IMG/VR virus record: IMGVR_UViG_3300042519_001698
DNA length: 64,000 bases
Reading direction: 5' to 3' (one strand)
From: a virus
Both the position numbers and the translations under genes were made by a program. Numbering within the stretch: the stretch's first letter is position 1; each line of letters starts with the position of its first letter. Shown piece after piece: positions 31,931 through 40,688 of this stretch. The notes below the pieces were generated by a model. That model had not been told where the DNA came from and did not search any database. It saw only the letters and a list, made by a program, of their open reading frames with translations.

Positions 31931-33961
31931 TTAGTTAGTTTTTTTGAGTACTTTCTGTGTACTATCAAAACTTTTTGGTTTGTTATTAATTTTAAGTCCT
32001 ATTAATTCTAAAGATTGTAAATTCTTAGACCAATGTTTTGTCATTGCATCCATAGTTGAATCACTTGCTGTAATTGTATGTGTTATATCAACCTTTTGAG
32101 TTGTACTATCTGAAGTGTTGTTTTTATTTTCAATATTTGCATTAGTAGTGGTACTATTTTTAGCCTCAATTTTAGCGTTCTCACTTTTACTATTTTTCAT
32201 CTCAGTAACTGTTAGTTCATTTGGTGTGACATTTCCATAATATTTACTTAATGTATTTTGAGCTTGCTTTGTTACATCATTTATTAAATCTTGAGTAGAT
32301 TTATTTTTGGATATCTCAATAGTTGACATGTTTTTAGCAAAGTCATTAGCCGCGTCACCCAATGTTTTACCCGGCCCACTTCGTCTAAGTTGATTTTGTT
32401 GTTGGATATACATCGCACTAATTACATTCAGAATTTGAGTGGTTGCGTTGAATTGTCCTCTAGCAATATCTTCAGGTTTCATTGCCTGAATTTTCTTTTG
32501 TTCTTCAATAATTTGATTTCTCTTAGTTACATCAATCTTTGCAAATTCCGCAAATTCAATAAATCCATCTTTTACTTTATCTACTACTCCAAATTTTTCA
32601 GCTACTTCAGCAGGAATACTAATACCTATTTTACCATCTTTCATTGTTGAAAGATTCTTAATAAACTCTTGTTGTTCTTTAGAAGCTTCGGGGAATATTG
32701 AACGTATTTGACTCATGGCTTGAAATTGAACGTTAGCTTTAACCGCTAAACTTGTCAAATCACCCATTGATATACCAAATGTATCTGCCATTGCCTTAGC
32801 TCTTCTTAAATTCGCACCGGTAACTTCAAATCTACCTTGTGCCGAATTAAATGTTGCTAAACTTTTTGATGCGTTAATTAAACTTGTTTGTAAACCCTCA
32901 ACGTTATTTGTCGCATCGTATATCATTCTTAATGGATCACCAAAATCACCAATGGCACCACCAATCATAGATAAATTAGCCGCCATATCTATTGCTTTAT
33001 TTGGATCAAATAAATCGTTGGCAATTTTAAGTGTATTATCCATATTGAAATTAAGGGATTGTGCTTGTTGTGACATTCTTGTTAAACCAGCAACACCTCC
33101 CTGAAATCCAAATTCATTTAATTTACCTATATTTTTAACTAATGTTTCAGTTAATACTTTTGCATTTAATCCTAATTCTAATGTTTTTTGTCCCGCGGTG
33201 GTAATTACCTTTGCCGCATCTTGTAAACCATATCCAACATTTCTAAAAGCTTCATTATTTTCTAATAAAGTAGTGGACGATTTAGTATATGCAATTGACG
33301 CTTTAACACCCTCACTAATGGCTTCTTTACTATATAAAGCCATTCTACCTGAACTAGTTAATAATATTTCAGTAGATTTTAAGAAATCATCAACAGTCAT
33401 TCCGAGTTTAGTTGTTTCAACCATTGCATCATTCAACTCCTCTCTCATATTTCCACCTAAATCACCAACGAACGCACCTGATTTATTGGTTACATCAATT
33501 AATCTAGATTGTGTTTCAGCTAAATCCTTTAGAAACTTTGTCGCTAATGCACCACCCGTACTAAACATTTCGGTAAACAGTCCTGGTATATTTAAACTTG
33601 CAAGGTTTGAAACTCCACCAGCAACACCTCTTAATATTGTTGAAAAAGTATCAACACTAAGTCTATTACTGGAATTACTTAAATTATCATAAAAATTAGC
33701 TAAAGTAACATCAGCCGCGGTCTTCATTCCCGCATTTAATATTTGTTGACCACCTTGTAAATAACCTCCCACACCACCTAAACCAGTACCACTACTCGTA
33801 GTACTACCAGCACTTGCGGTGGATTGACTAGCTAAATTACCTAAAACACTTTGATTACCCCCATTTACAAAAGATTGGGCGTTCGAACGCCCAAGACCAA
33901 ATTGGTTCTGTAATATTCCTTGTAATTGAGTTTGTTGTTGGGGGTTTAATCCATTAGCCAT
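31931..33961 (-). CDS. Tape measure protein
   Basis: 676 aa, Ala/Gly/Leu-rich and helical; canonical position after the tube and chaperone genes. Confidence 0.75.
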   Translation of the reverse strand: MANGLNPQQQTQLQGILQNQFGLGRSNAQSFVNGGNQSVLGNLASQSTASAGSTTSSGTGLGGVGGYLQGGQQILNAGMKTAADVTLANFYDNLSNSSNRLSVDTFSTILRGVAGGVSNLASLNIPGLFTEMFSTGGALATKFLKDLAETQSRLIDVTNKSGAFVGDLGGNMREELNDAMVETTKLGMTVDDFLKSTEILLTSSGRMALYSKEAISEGVKASIAYTKSSTTLLENNEAFRNVGYGLQDAAKVITTAGQKTLELGLNAKVLTETLVKNIGKLNEFGFQGGVAGLTRMSQQAQSLNFNMDNTLKIANDLFDPNKAIDMAANLSMIGGAIGDFGDPLRMIYDATNNVEGLQTSLINASKSLATFNSAQGRFEVTGANLRRAKAMADTFGISMGDLTSLAVKANVQFQAMSQIRSIFPEASKEQQEFIKNLSTMKDGKIGISIPAEVAEKFGVVDKVKDGFIEFAEFAKIDVTKRNQIIEEQKKIQAMKPEDIARGQFNATTQILNVISAMYIQQQNQLRRSGPGKTLGDAANDFAKNMSTIEISKNKSTQDLINDVTKQAQNTLSKYYGNVTPNELTVTEMKNSKSENAKIEAKNSTTTNANIENKNNTSDSTTQKVDITHTITASDSTMDAMTKHWSKNLQSLELIGLKINNKPKSFDSTQKVLKKTN

Positions 33962-33983
33962 TGTGTCGTATTAATATATCATC

Positions 33984-33991
33984 TATAAATA
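33984..33991 (-). promoter_or_regulatory. Candidate late promoter TATTTATA
   Basis: Upstream of the tape measure gene. Confidence 0.6.
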
Positions 33992-33993
33992 GT

Positions 33994-34143
33994 TTATTGG
34001 GAATTTTCTTCATTAATAAACATGATAATATTATTACGCTCGTGTATTGGCATAATGAGAAGATCTCTATAGGTAAATCCTCTATGTACTAAATTGGTAA
34101 TTGCTGATATTTGTTTTTTCTTATACGCCGTAGAAAGGACGAA
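33994..34143 (-). CDS. Unannotated 49-codon ORF in the +1 frame of the chaperone gene (gp51-like / lambda gpT-like extension)
   Basis: FVLSTAYKKKQISAITNLVHRGFTYRDLLIMPIHERNNIIMFINEENSQ*; no ATG start ahead of it (only TTG at 34164); fills the gap before the tape measure gene. Confidence 0.7.
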   Translation of the reverse strand, partial: FVLSTAYKKKQISAITNLVHRGFTYRDLLIMPIHERNNIIMFINEENSQ

Positions 34144-34867
34144 AAAACTCCACCCCGAAGTCAATATAAGCTTTGACTGTGTCTCCTGACGGGGTTTTTA
34201 CATCTACTGACAAATCAATGCCGGGTTTATTATCGTTTGCAAATTTTCTAAATTCTTGAGAATCTCTAATTGGTAAATTTTGAATAAATTGATAAATACC
34301 CATTTGGTCTCTCATACCATCGACCGACTTAATCATCATTTCAAGTCTCTTTGTAGTTACGGGAGCGACAGAGGTCGATGAATTATCTCTTATTTTAATT
34401 AAATCTTTTTCTTGAATGTTATTCAAATACTTAAAAGTAATATTCTTCTTTGAAATATTCATAAAAAATGAATATTCTCCGTTTTCATCGGGTTTTAAGT
34501 TAAAATCTCTCACTTTTAAAATTGATAGGTCTAACGCAAATTTAAATGGTAAATTGGTTTTAGTGTCAATCATCTCCATTTCGTATTCACTACCAAATGC
34601 GGTATTTCTTAAAAATATTAATATTGCTTGTCTATCTTCATCTACTAATTCATCAATATTGAAGTCTTTATCTAATATTTTTCTTTTAAGTAACTCTTCA
34701 ATTACAGTATCACTCTGTAATAAGTTTGGTGCTACCAAGATATTTTCATCGGATGCTGTTAAGTAAGCAACCCTTAAACTTTTTTTATTATTTGCGTAGA
34801 AAATACCTTTACTTGGTAATTCCACTACATCGTAAGAAATTGTTGGGTCTATATTATAATTTTCCAT
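34121..34867 (-). CDS. Tail/baseplate-hub assembly chaperone, T4 gp26-like
   Basis: YDVVELPSKGIFY...LTASDENIL; ends DFGVEFFRPFYGV; located between tube and tape measure. Confidence 0.75.
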   Translation of the reverse strand: MENYNIDPTISYDVVELPSKGIFYANNKKSLRVAYLTASDENILVAPNLLQSDTVIEELLKRKILDKDFNIDELVDEDRQAILIFLRNTAFGSEYEMEMIDTKTNLPFKFALDLSILKVRDFNLKPDENGEYSFFMNISKKNITFKYLNNIQEKDLIKIRDNSSTSVAPVTTKRLEMMIKSVDGMRDQMGIYQFIQNLPIRDSQEFRKFANDNKPGIDLSVDVKTPSGDTVKAYIDFGVEFFRPFYGV

Positions 34868-34918
34868 ATAGTAAGTTTAAACTATAATTATCTAAAAGTA
34901 AAGTTTCTACATAACAAA

Positions 34919-34950
34919 AAACCGATACCCTTAAATAGGAATATCGGTTT
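34919..34950 (-). terminator. Terminator downstream of the tail tube gene
   Basis: AAACCGATA...TATCGGTTT stem followed by a T run on the minus strand. Confidence 0.75.
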
Positions 34951-34971
34951 CGTATGTGTATTCGTTTTATC

Positions 34972-35460
34972 TTAGTAAACTTGGATACATCTATCCATTC
35001 TTAAAGTACATGTGATTGTCGCTAATTCATCTCTTGAGTAATCTAAATCTCCAAAATTTAAGTCTTGGATGAAAGTACCTTGTAAAATCCATTTCTCAAC
35101 CACAACTCCCGTTGGGTCTAACATCTCAAGTTCAATATCTTTCTTATAACCCGCAGCATATCCCATACGACCTGTTACAGACTCCGCATGTAAACGGAAC
35201 CATTCCATCAACGCTTGTGACGCTGAAGGTCCAATTGGGTCTTTAAATGTTACCTGCATCGTTTCCCACTCAAATCTACCAGCAACATAAGTTGAGGTGT
35301 TCAAGAAAGGAATTGCTACTGAGTTAATTTTAGCACTAGGTCTTTTAGCCGATGTTACGTACCATTCATTAATACCCAAAGAAGATGGGAAACGAACAAT
35401 AAATCGGTTTTGTCTTTTCGGTTCATATGGAACCGGCATTTTCATTAATAAATCTGCCAT
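34972..35460 (-). CDS. gp19: Tail tube protein, T4 gp19-like
   Basis: YEPKRQNRF...WETMQVTFKDP...YKKDIELEMLDPTGVVVEKWILQGTF. Confidence 0.9.
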   Translation of the reverse strand: MADLLMKMPVPYEPKRQNRFIVRFPSSLGINEWYVTSAKRPSAKINSVAIPFLNTSTYVAGRFEWETMQVTFKDPIGPSASQALMEWFRLHAESVTGRMGYAAGYKKDIELEMLDPTGVVVEKWILQGTFIQDLNFGDLDYSRDELATITCTLRMDRCIQVY

Positions 35461-35499
35461 TTTGTATTTGTTAAGTTTTTTTTCGTATTATTTACTTCT

Positions 35500-35507
35500 T
35501 ATAAATA
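35500..35507 (-). promoter_or_regulatory. Candidate late promoter TATTTATA
   Basis: Upstream of the tail tube gene. Confidence 0.6.
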
Positions 35508-35687
35508 TATCGGTATTTGAAATAAATTTTTTATTACTATTTGACTTTGTCAATTATTTTTCGTAGTTTTTTACAGGCTCCAGTATTAAGTTCCAGAATA
35601 AACTTCTAACAATAAATATAATAAAAACCAGTTCTAGTATTTTCTAGTATATACTGGGTTTATGAAGTTAAGATTTTCATAAAAATA

Positions 35688-35703
35688 GGTTCCATGTGGA
35701 ACT
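35688..35703. promoter_or_regulatory. parS-like palindrome
   Basis: GGTTCCATGTGGAACT; the core matches GTTCCACGTGGAAC at 13/14 positions; intergenic. Confidence 0.4.
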
Positions 35704-35736
35704 GTCCTAATACTTTTCTTTATTTAAAATGTTCGA

Positions 35737-35744
35737 TATTTATA
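35737..35744 (+). promoter_or_regulatory. Candidate late promoter TATTTATA
   Basis: 4 nt upstream of the L,D-transpeptidase ATG. Confidence 0.6.
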
Positions 35745-35748
35745 AAGT

Positions 35749-36432
35749 ATGAACATTATCATTTCAGAGGAACAAACAAGTAGATTAATCAAATCTATTA
35801 CTGAACAGAGTGACATTCAAAAGGCTTTTAATAGGGTAAAAGGTGCATTTGATTTTACCGAATGTAGTACTAGTGATACAAAAAGGGCTAGTAATTGGCA
35901 AAACCTATATAATATGTTATCAGAAGGTAAATTGATTAACAAAGGTGAACCAATGTTAATTTTATGGGGTCCTTCTCAAACAATGTACTATACAATGAAT
36001 GGAAAGACTTTATCCAAAGAAATGAAAGTTTCAACGGGTGCTTACGGATTTACTAATGCACAAGATAGTGCATCGACAAGTACAGGTCTTATGAAAATAA
36101 GTAATAAAATTAAAGCACCTAGAAAATATCAGGTTTTAGTGGGTAAAAAACCAATAAATTTAGTTTTAGGTCCTGATATGCCAGGAAAAAGAAAAGACCC
36201 TGAAACTGGTGAAATCCACGATGCGGATGTGTTAACAGGTCTTTTGGAATTAGTTGGACTTGAACCATGTAATAAAAATGTTTATTCAAGATCAATTTAT
36301 GTACACGGAACAAATAAAGAAAAACAATTAGGTGGTAAACATTCTAATGGTTGTATTCGAGTTTCAAACGAAAATATATTGTTTTTATTGAATACAATTA
36401 GAATTGGTACTAAATTATATGTTAGACCATAA
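35749..36432 (+). CDS. L,D-transpeptidase (YkuD-family) domain protein
   Basis: C-terminal IYVHGT...LGGKHSNGCIRV catalytic His/Cys motif; VSTG; ends GTKLYV. Confidence 0.88.
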   Translation: MNIIISEEQTSRLIKSITEQSDIQKAFNRVKGAFDFTECSTSDTKRASNWQNLYNMLSEGKLINKGEPMLILWGPSQTMYYTMNGKTLSKEMKVSTGAYGFTNAQDSASTSTGLMKISNKIKAPRKYQVLVGKKPINLVLGPDMPGKRKDPETGEIHDADVLTGLLELVGLEPCNKNVYSRSIYVHGTNKEKQLGGKHSNGCIRVSNENILFLLNTIRIGTKLYVRP

Positions 36433-37124
36433 TGAAAAAGGTAATATTAACAGAATCTCAAGTCAATAAATTAGTCGAGCAAATCATGGCTCCTCAAATG
36501 TTGTTAAATAAAGTTGCGAACTCGTATGCAAACTCCCCATTACACGTATATTGTGCTCTTAGATTTTTAAAAATGTCCAAAGAGACATTAACTGAAAGGG
36601 AGTTAAAAAAAGAAACTTTATCTACGTTATCTAATGTTATATGTGAAAAAGCTAATAGAATGGGTTCTTGTAATCCTGACATGTGGCAAGGTAAGGACCC
36701 AAAAGGTCTTCCAAATAAAAACCAATTAGGTTATCATGATTACACCACATTGTATTCAAAATCACCAAGTTATAAGGGAACTAGTTTCACATATGGTTCA
36801 CAACCTACAAATATTAGTGAATTAATGTTAACGTTAGGTGGTGCTACGATTAGACAAGGTGGTAGTGGTTGGGTGATTTATGATATGTATAATTTTGATA
36901 ATATAATGGAGAAAAAGCCACATTTAAAAACTAACAATTATTTTAAAATGTACTTGAATACTCTTCGTGGTATTGGTGCCACAATAGGTGGATGGCTATT
37001 AGGTAGAAGTCCTGTTAATGGTATTGAAGAGGTGATGTCACAATTACACAATACAGGTTACAAGGGATTCCCCGTACAAATTAATGTTCCATCTAATGGG
37101 TGTAAATGTAAAAGTAAAATTTAG
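36432..37124 (+). CDS. Hypothetical protein with an N-terminal ILTESQVNKLVEQ tag
   Basis: 230-aa ORF coupled to the upstream gene (TAATG overlap). Confidence 0.8.
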   Translation: MKKVILTESQVNKLVEQIMAPQMLLNKVANSYANSPLHVYCALRFLKMSKETLTERELKKETLSTLSNVICEKANRMGSCNPDMWQGKDPKGLPNKNQLGYHDYTTLYSKSPSYKGTSFTYGSQPTNISELMLTLGGATIRQGGSGWVIYDMYNFDNIMEKKPHLKTNNYFKMYLNTLRGIGATIGGWLLGRSPVNGIEEVMSQLHNTGYKGFPVQINVPSNGCKCKSKI

Positions 37125-37576
37125 AGTTTCCATTCCGTGTGGAACATATATGGAGTACATTCAAAAGTGTGTACGATATTGTCAGGAATAGGAATTGGAC
37201 CAAACCAAGTAATCACTTTATTAGTTTTATCAAATTTCATCCATTGAGTGATGATAATCTTATCTTTTCTTTTTTCAATTGTAAACGGGTTAATTGCAAA
37301 TGAAAGTCTCCAATCTTCCCATTGGTGCATACCAACCTTGTGTTTTTCACCTACTTTCATGTGAGCCAAGTGTTTTTTAACAACGGGTGAGTTTTTGATA
37401 TAATCAGGACTAACTTCTAATTGGGACCCGTCACCAAAACAATAATGTCTTAATGCTTGTGAAGCCTCGGGGAAAAACACCGCACCTACCACAATCATAC
37501 CAATTACTACGATTTTCTTGAAGAAAACGACAAATAGAGTTAATATTGAAAGTTTTATCATTAGACTTTTTTTCAT
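37121..37576 (-). CDS. Hypothetical protein with an N-terminal hydrophobic (membrane anchor/signal) region
   Basis: Start moved to the ATG at 37576 because the TTG at 37597 lies inside the -7 promoter box; LSILTLFVVFF and IVVIGMIVVGAVFF are hydrophobic stretches. Confidence 0.8.
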   Translation of the reverse strand: MKKSLMIKLSILTLFVVFFKKIVVIGMIVVGAVFFPEASQALRHYCFGDGSQLEVSPDYIKNSPVVKKHLAHMKVGEKHKVGMHQWEDWRLSFAINPFTIEKRKDKIIITQWMKFDKTNKVITWFGPIPIPDNIVHTFECTPYMFHTEWKL

Positions 37577-37594
37577 ATCTTTATTATTGAGACA

Positions 37595-37626
37595 CAAAGA
37601 TACAACACATATTCGAATATTCCAAA
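37595..37626 (-). promoter_or_regulatory. Bacteroidota-type housekeeping (early) promoter
   Basis: Minus strand TTTG-N20-TATCTTTG, a perfect -33/-7 consensus. Confidence 0.8.
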
Positions 37627-37652
37627 TTTATTTAGTATTTTTAAATAAAAAA

Positions 37653-37674
37653 AGGGTACCATTTCTGATACCCT
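37653..37674 (-). terminator. Terminator downstream of the tail sheath gene
   Basis: Minus strand AGGGTATCA-GAAA-TGGTACCCT followed by TTTTT. Confidence 0.85.
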
Positions 37675-37698
37675 CTTCCTTTTATATCTCCTTTTAGA

Positions 37699-40563
37699 TT
37701 AGATATTGTCAAATGAAGCTCCTGTTGGAGTAATTACGAACTCAACATCAATAAATTCAAGAGAACGAGTTGGTTTGATATATATCTTACCTCTCAATGT
37801 GTTCGCGTCGATATCTTCAGGGTCGTTAGACACACTTACACGGAAATCGTACAAACCTCTTTCTTTTTTGATTGATTCCAAGATAGGGTTTACCAATCTT
37901 AAGAATTCTTGTCTTACTTGGTCATCGTTTTGTTCAAACAATAATCTTACAGCGACTGCAGAAATTAATTTTCTTGCTCTTAATAATAATCTTCTTACGT
38001 TGATTCTATCCAATGCGGATTCTTTAATTTGAAGAGTTTTGTTCCCCCAAATAATGGTACCTGTATCAGAGAAAGTTGCAATTGGGTTAACTCTTGATTT
38101 GTATAACTCATCTCTTTCATCTAAAGTTAATTTTTTAGACGCTCTGATTGCGTTTACAATACCTCTTGAATAACCCGCCACCGCGAACCAAGGATATGAA
38201 ATATTGTCTGTTAAAGCTATATTCTTTAATACCTCACCTGTTGGCGGAACATATAATTGTGTAGCATTATCAGTATCTCTAATTTGAATCCAAGGCCAAT
38301 ATGTTGCAGAATAGTTAGAATCGAAAGCTAAATCGTCAATAGCATTTGCCACTTCGGTTGATGAGTTTAAAACATCAGGACCTGGTGAATTGATAATGTA
38401 AATCGAATCCGCTCTTTCATTTTCAACCATGTCAATTGCTGCGGCGACTAATGACTCGTGATTATACCAGTTAATACCTGCGGTTGAGAATACGTTAATA
38501 TCCACAGCTTCAGGATTTTGGAATGTTTGTATACCTTCTAAGTAAGCGTAATAATCTGAGTTTCCTGCCGCTGTACTGAAAACACCACCATTAGATGTGT
38601 CACCAGTTATGTAGGTATTTTTACCGAATATATATTCGCCACCTAAAGTTCTTACTTTTCTGTATATGTCCCAACCATCAAATCCACCACCTAACGCAAA
38701 TGTGAATTTACGATAATTGATGTTAGTTAATTTATTAGTTGTTGGATTTGTTTGACCTTCTAAATCGTATGTTGTTGTTTGGTAAATTTGGTCACCGCCA
38801 GATGTTAAAATAGAAGATGCATTTGTTGATAGGTGAAAACCATAAGTTGCACCATTTGATTCTGATCCTTTATATTTTAATAAATCTGCGTCGTAAGACG
38901 AACCTTCTTGTGTTGAAAATCCTAAAGTTACCCTTTTAACCTTATCACCACCTGATAAAATTTCAGTACCGTCAGCCTCATAATACATTACATCACCTGA
39001 ATTGTAATATTGAGTTTTGAAAATCACATTACCTAAACTTGAACTACCGAAAGCAGAATTCTTAACAAACCCTTTAAAACCCGCAGGGAATGCGTTTGAC
39101 GGTGCGTTTTCTGACATGTTTAACATGATGTATTTTGAATTCAACGTATATTGACCATCAGATGTACCAACTTTTCTTGCAACATAACCCGCAACATCAG
39201 GGTTCATAGAACATCTTGTGAATTTTTCAAGAACTACTTGATTGTCGTCAGTATCATAGAAATCACGAACTAATATGTCAAATTCACCTGTTTCAGTGTT
39301 AATATTTGAAATTGAAACTTTAACTTCTGTGTTTGCGGACTCACCATCTGAAATTGTTATAACCTCAAATAAATCATCTACTTTATTACCACGAACTTCA
39401 GAAACAACCATAGGAGATATTGGTGTGTCCCATTCTCTTAGAAAATTATTTCCTTCTGCATTTGTAGATAATGTTAAACTTAAACCTCTAATATACCCCT
39501 TTTCAAAGGCGGATTTTAAGAAGTTAGGATATTGTTCATACACGTAAATTGGGAAATCGGTGTTATTTTTATCATAAACATCGGTACCTAATACTTTAGT
39601 GATATATTTTTTAGATGTTGAATCTAAAGAACAATCAAACGATTTAACTCCACTAGTGACACCTGTTACATTTAATGTAAAATCAGCAAGTGGATTATTT
39701 TCTAATCCAACACTCACAATTGAAACTTTGTTTGTTGCTTCAACTTCTAAATTTAGTGTTTGTCCTGAATAGACACCTCTACTCCTTAATGCTGCAACAA
39801 CAAAATTGTCATAATCAGTATTTTTAGTGGCATCATATGTGTATTTTGTTACATCAAAAACGGTTGTACCACTGTTGTACTCAAATAAGTAACCGTAAAT
39901 TTCATCTGTTCCGTTTGTTAATGAATTATACCATTCTTTATTGTTACTATTGTCTGCATTAAATTTTCCCGTTAAAGGCGAAACCTTTTCTGTTCCCGAT
40001 GGATCTGAATCATCAATCATACCTAAAACAAACCAATCACCATCATTTGAAGCGGTATTACCACTAAAATTTTTGAATATGTAATCGGTAATTGTTGTTC
40101 CATCTACTGATGTTTTACCTGATAATTCTGAATATATTGTACTACCAGTTAATGAAGAAAATGGGGATGGGTCTAATGTTGTACCAGTAGTACTTGTAGG
40201 TGTTGAACTTGATAGTTGCATTCCACCAATGGTTTTAATACCATAAGTCATACTTGGTTTATATCCCGTTTTTCCAAGAATCCTTGATACAAATAATTGA
40301 TTTGATTCTTGTAGATAAGATTTTGCAAGATAAGGTAACTCATATTTTGGTTGACCCGCTCCATCTTTTTCAGGGGATGTTGTTCCGAAATAAGTTCTAT
40401 ACTCATCGAAATTTGAAACTAAAATCGGTTCGAAGGCTGGACCTTTTAATGTCTCACCAACTAAACCTAATGTTGTAACCCCCACGCTTTGGGCCACGAA
40501 TGTAAGATCCTTCTCTGATGTATAGACACCTGGAGACACGAATACTCTGTTTGAATTTGCCAT
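37699..40563 (-). CDS. gp18: Tail sheath protein, T4 gp18-like
   Basis: FVSPGVYTSEKDL; C-terminal YWPW, PWFAVAGYSRG, INVRRLL, FEQND, IYIKPTRSLEFIDVEF. Confidence 0.95.
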   Translation of the reverse strand: MANSNRVFVSPGVYTSEKDLTFVAQSVGVTTLGLVGETLKGPAFEPILVSNFDEYRTYFGTTSPEKDGAGQPKYELPYLAKSYLQESNQLFVSRILGKTGYKPSMTYGIKTIGGMQLSSSTPTSTTGTTLDPSPFSSLTGSTIYSELSGKTSVDGTTITDYIFKNFSGNTASNDGDWFVLGMIDDSDPSGTEKVSPLTGKFNADNSNNKEWYNSLTNGTDEIYGYLFEYNSGTTVFDVTKYTYDATKNTDYDNFVVAALRSRGVYSGQTLNLEVEATNKVSIVSVGLENNPLADFTLNVTGVTSGVKSFDCSLDSTSKKYITKVLGTDVYDKNNTDFPIYVYEQYPNFLKSAFEKGYIRGLSLTLSTNAEGNNFLREWDTPISPMVVSEVRGNKVDDLFEVITISDGESANTEVKVSISNINTETGEFDILVRDFYDTDDNQVVLEKFTRCSMNPDVAGYVARKVGTSDGQYTLNSKYIMLNMSENAPSNAFPAGFKGFVKNSAFGSSSLGNVIFKTQYYNSGDVMYYEADGTEILSGGDKVKRVTLGFSTQEGSSYDADLLKYKGSESNGATYGFHLSTNASSILTSGGDQIYQTTTYDLEGQTNPTTNKLTNINYRKFTFALGGGFDGWDIYRKVRTLGGEYIFGKNTYITGDTSNGGVFSTAAGNSDYYAYLEGIQTFQNPEAVDINVFSTAGINWYNHESLVAAAIDMVENERADSIYIINSPGPDVLNSSTEVANAIDDLAFDSNYSATYWPWIQIRDTDNATQLYVPPTGEVLKNIALTDNISYPWFAVAGYSRGIVNAIRASKKLTLDERDELYKSRVNPIATFSDTGTIIWGNKTLQIKESALDRINVRRLLLRARKLISAVAVRLLFEQNDDQVRQEFLRLVNPILESIKKERGLYDFRVSVSNDPEDIDANTLRGKIYIKPTRSLEFIDVEFVITPTGASFDNI

Positions 40564-40595
40564 TGATAATTATTTGATTAATTTTTTTTATTACT

Positions 40596-40684
40596 TATCT
40601 ATAAATATCTTTGTTTTTATCAAAGATTTCCGTACTTTTTTTTAAAAGATAGTAATTTATCTTTTTTTATCTTTATTTATCTTT
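40596..40684. promoter_or_regulatory. Phased TATCTTT repeats (candidate operator)
   Basis: Direct copies at 40658, 40668, 40678 (10-bp period) and 40606; inverted copy at 40645; partial copy at 40596. Confidence 0.5.
40600..40607 (-). promoter_or_regulatory. Candidate late promoter TATTTATA
   Basis: Upstream of the tail sheath gene. Confidence 0.6.
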
Positions 40685-40688
40685 ACAT

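Noticed and set aside
34090-34147. Classical -1 frameshift at the U-run of the chaperone gene
   Set aside because: The -1 frame closes after 17 codons (TAG); only the +1/-2 frame gives the long, protein-like extension.
37131-37146. Second parS-like sequence (minus strand TGTTCCACACGGAATG)
   Set aside because: It lies within coding sequence (MFHTEW) with four mismatches and is explained by codons.
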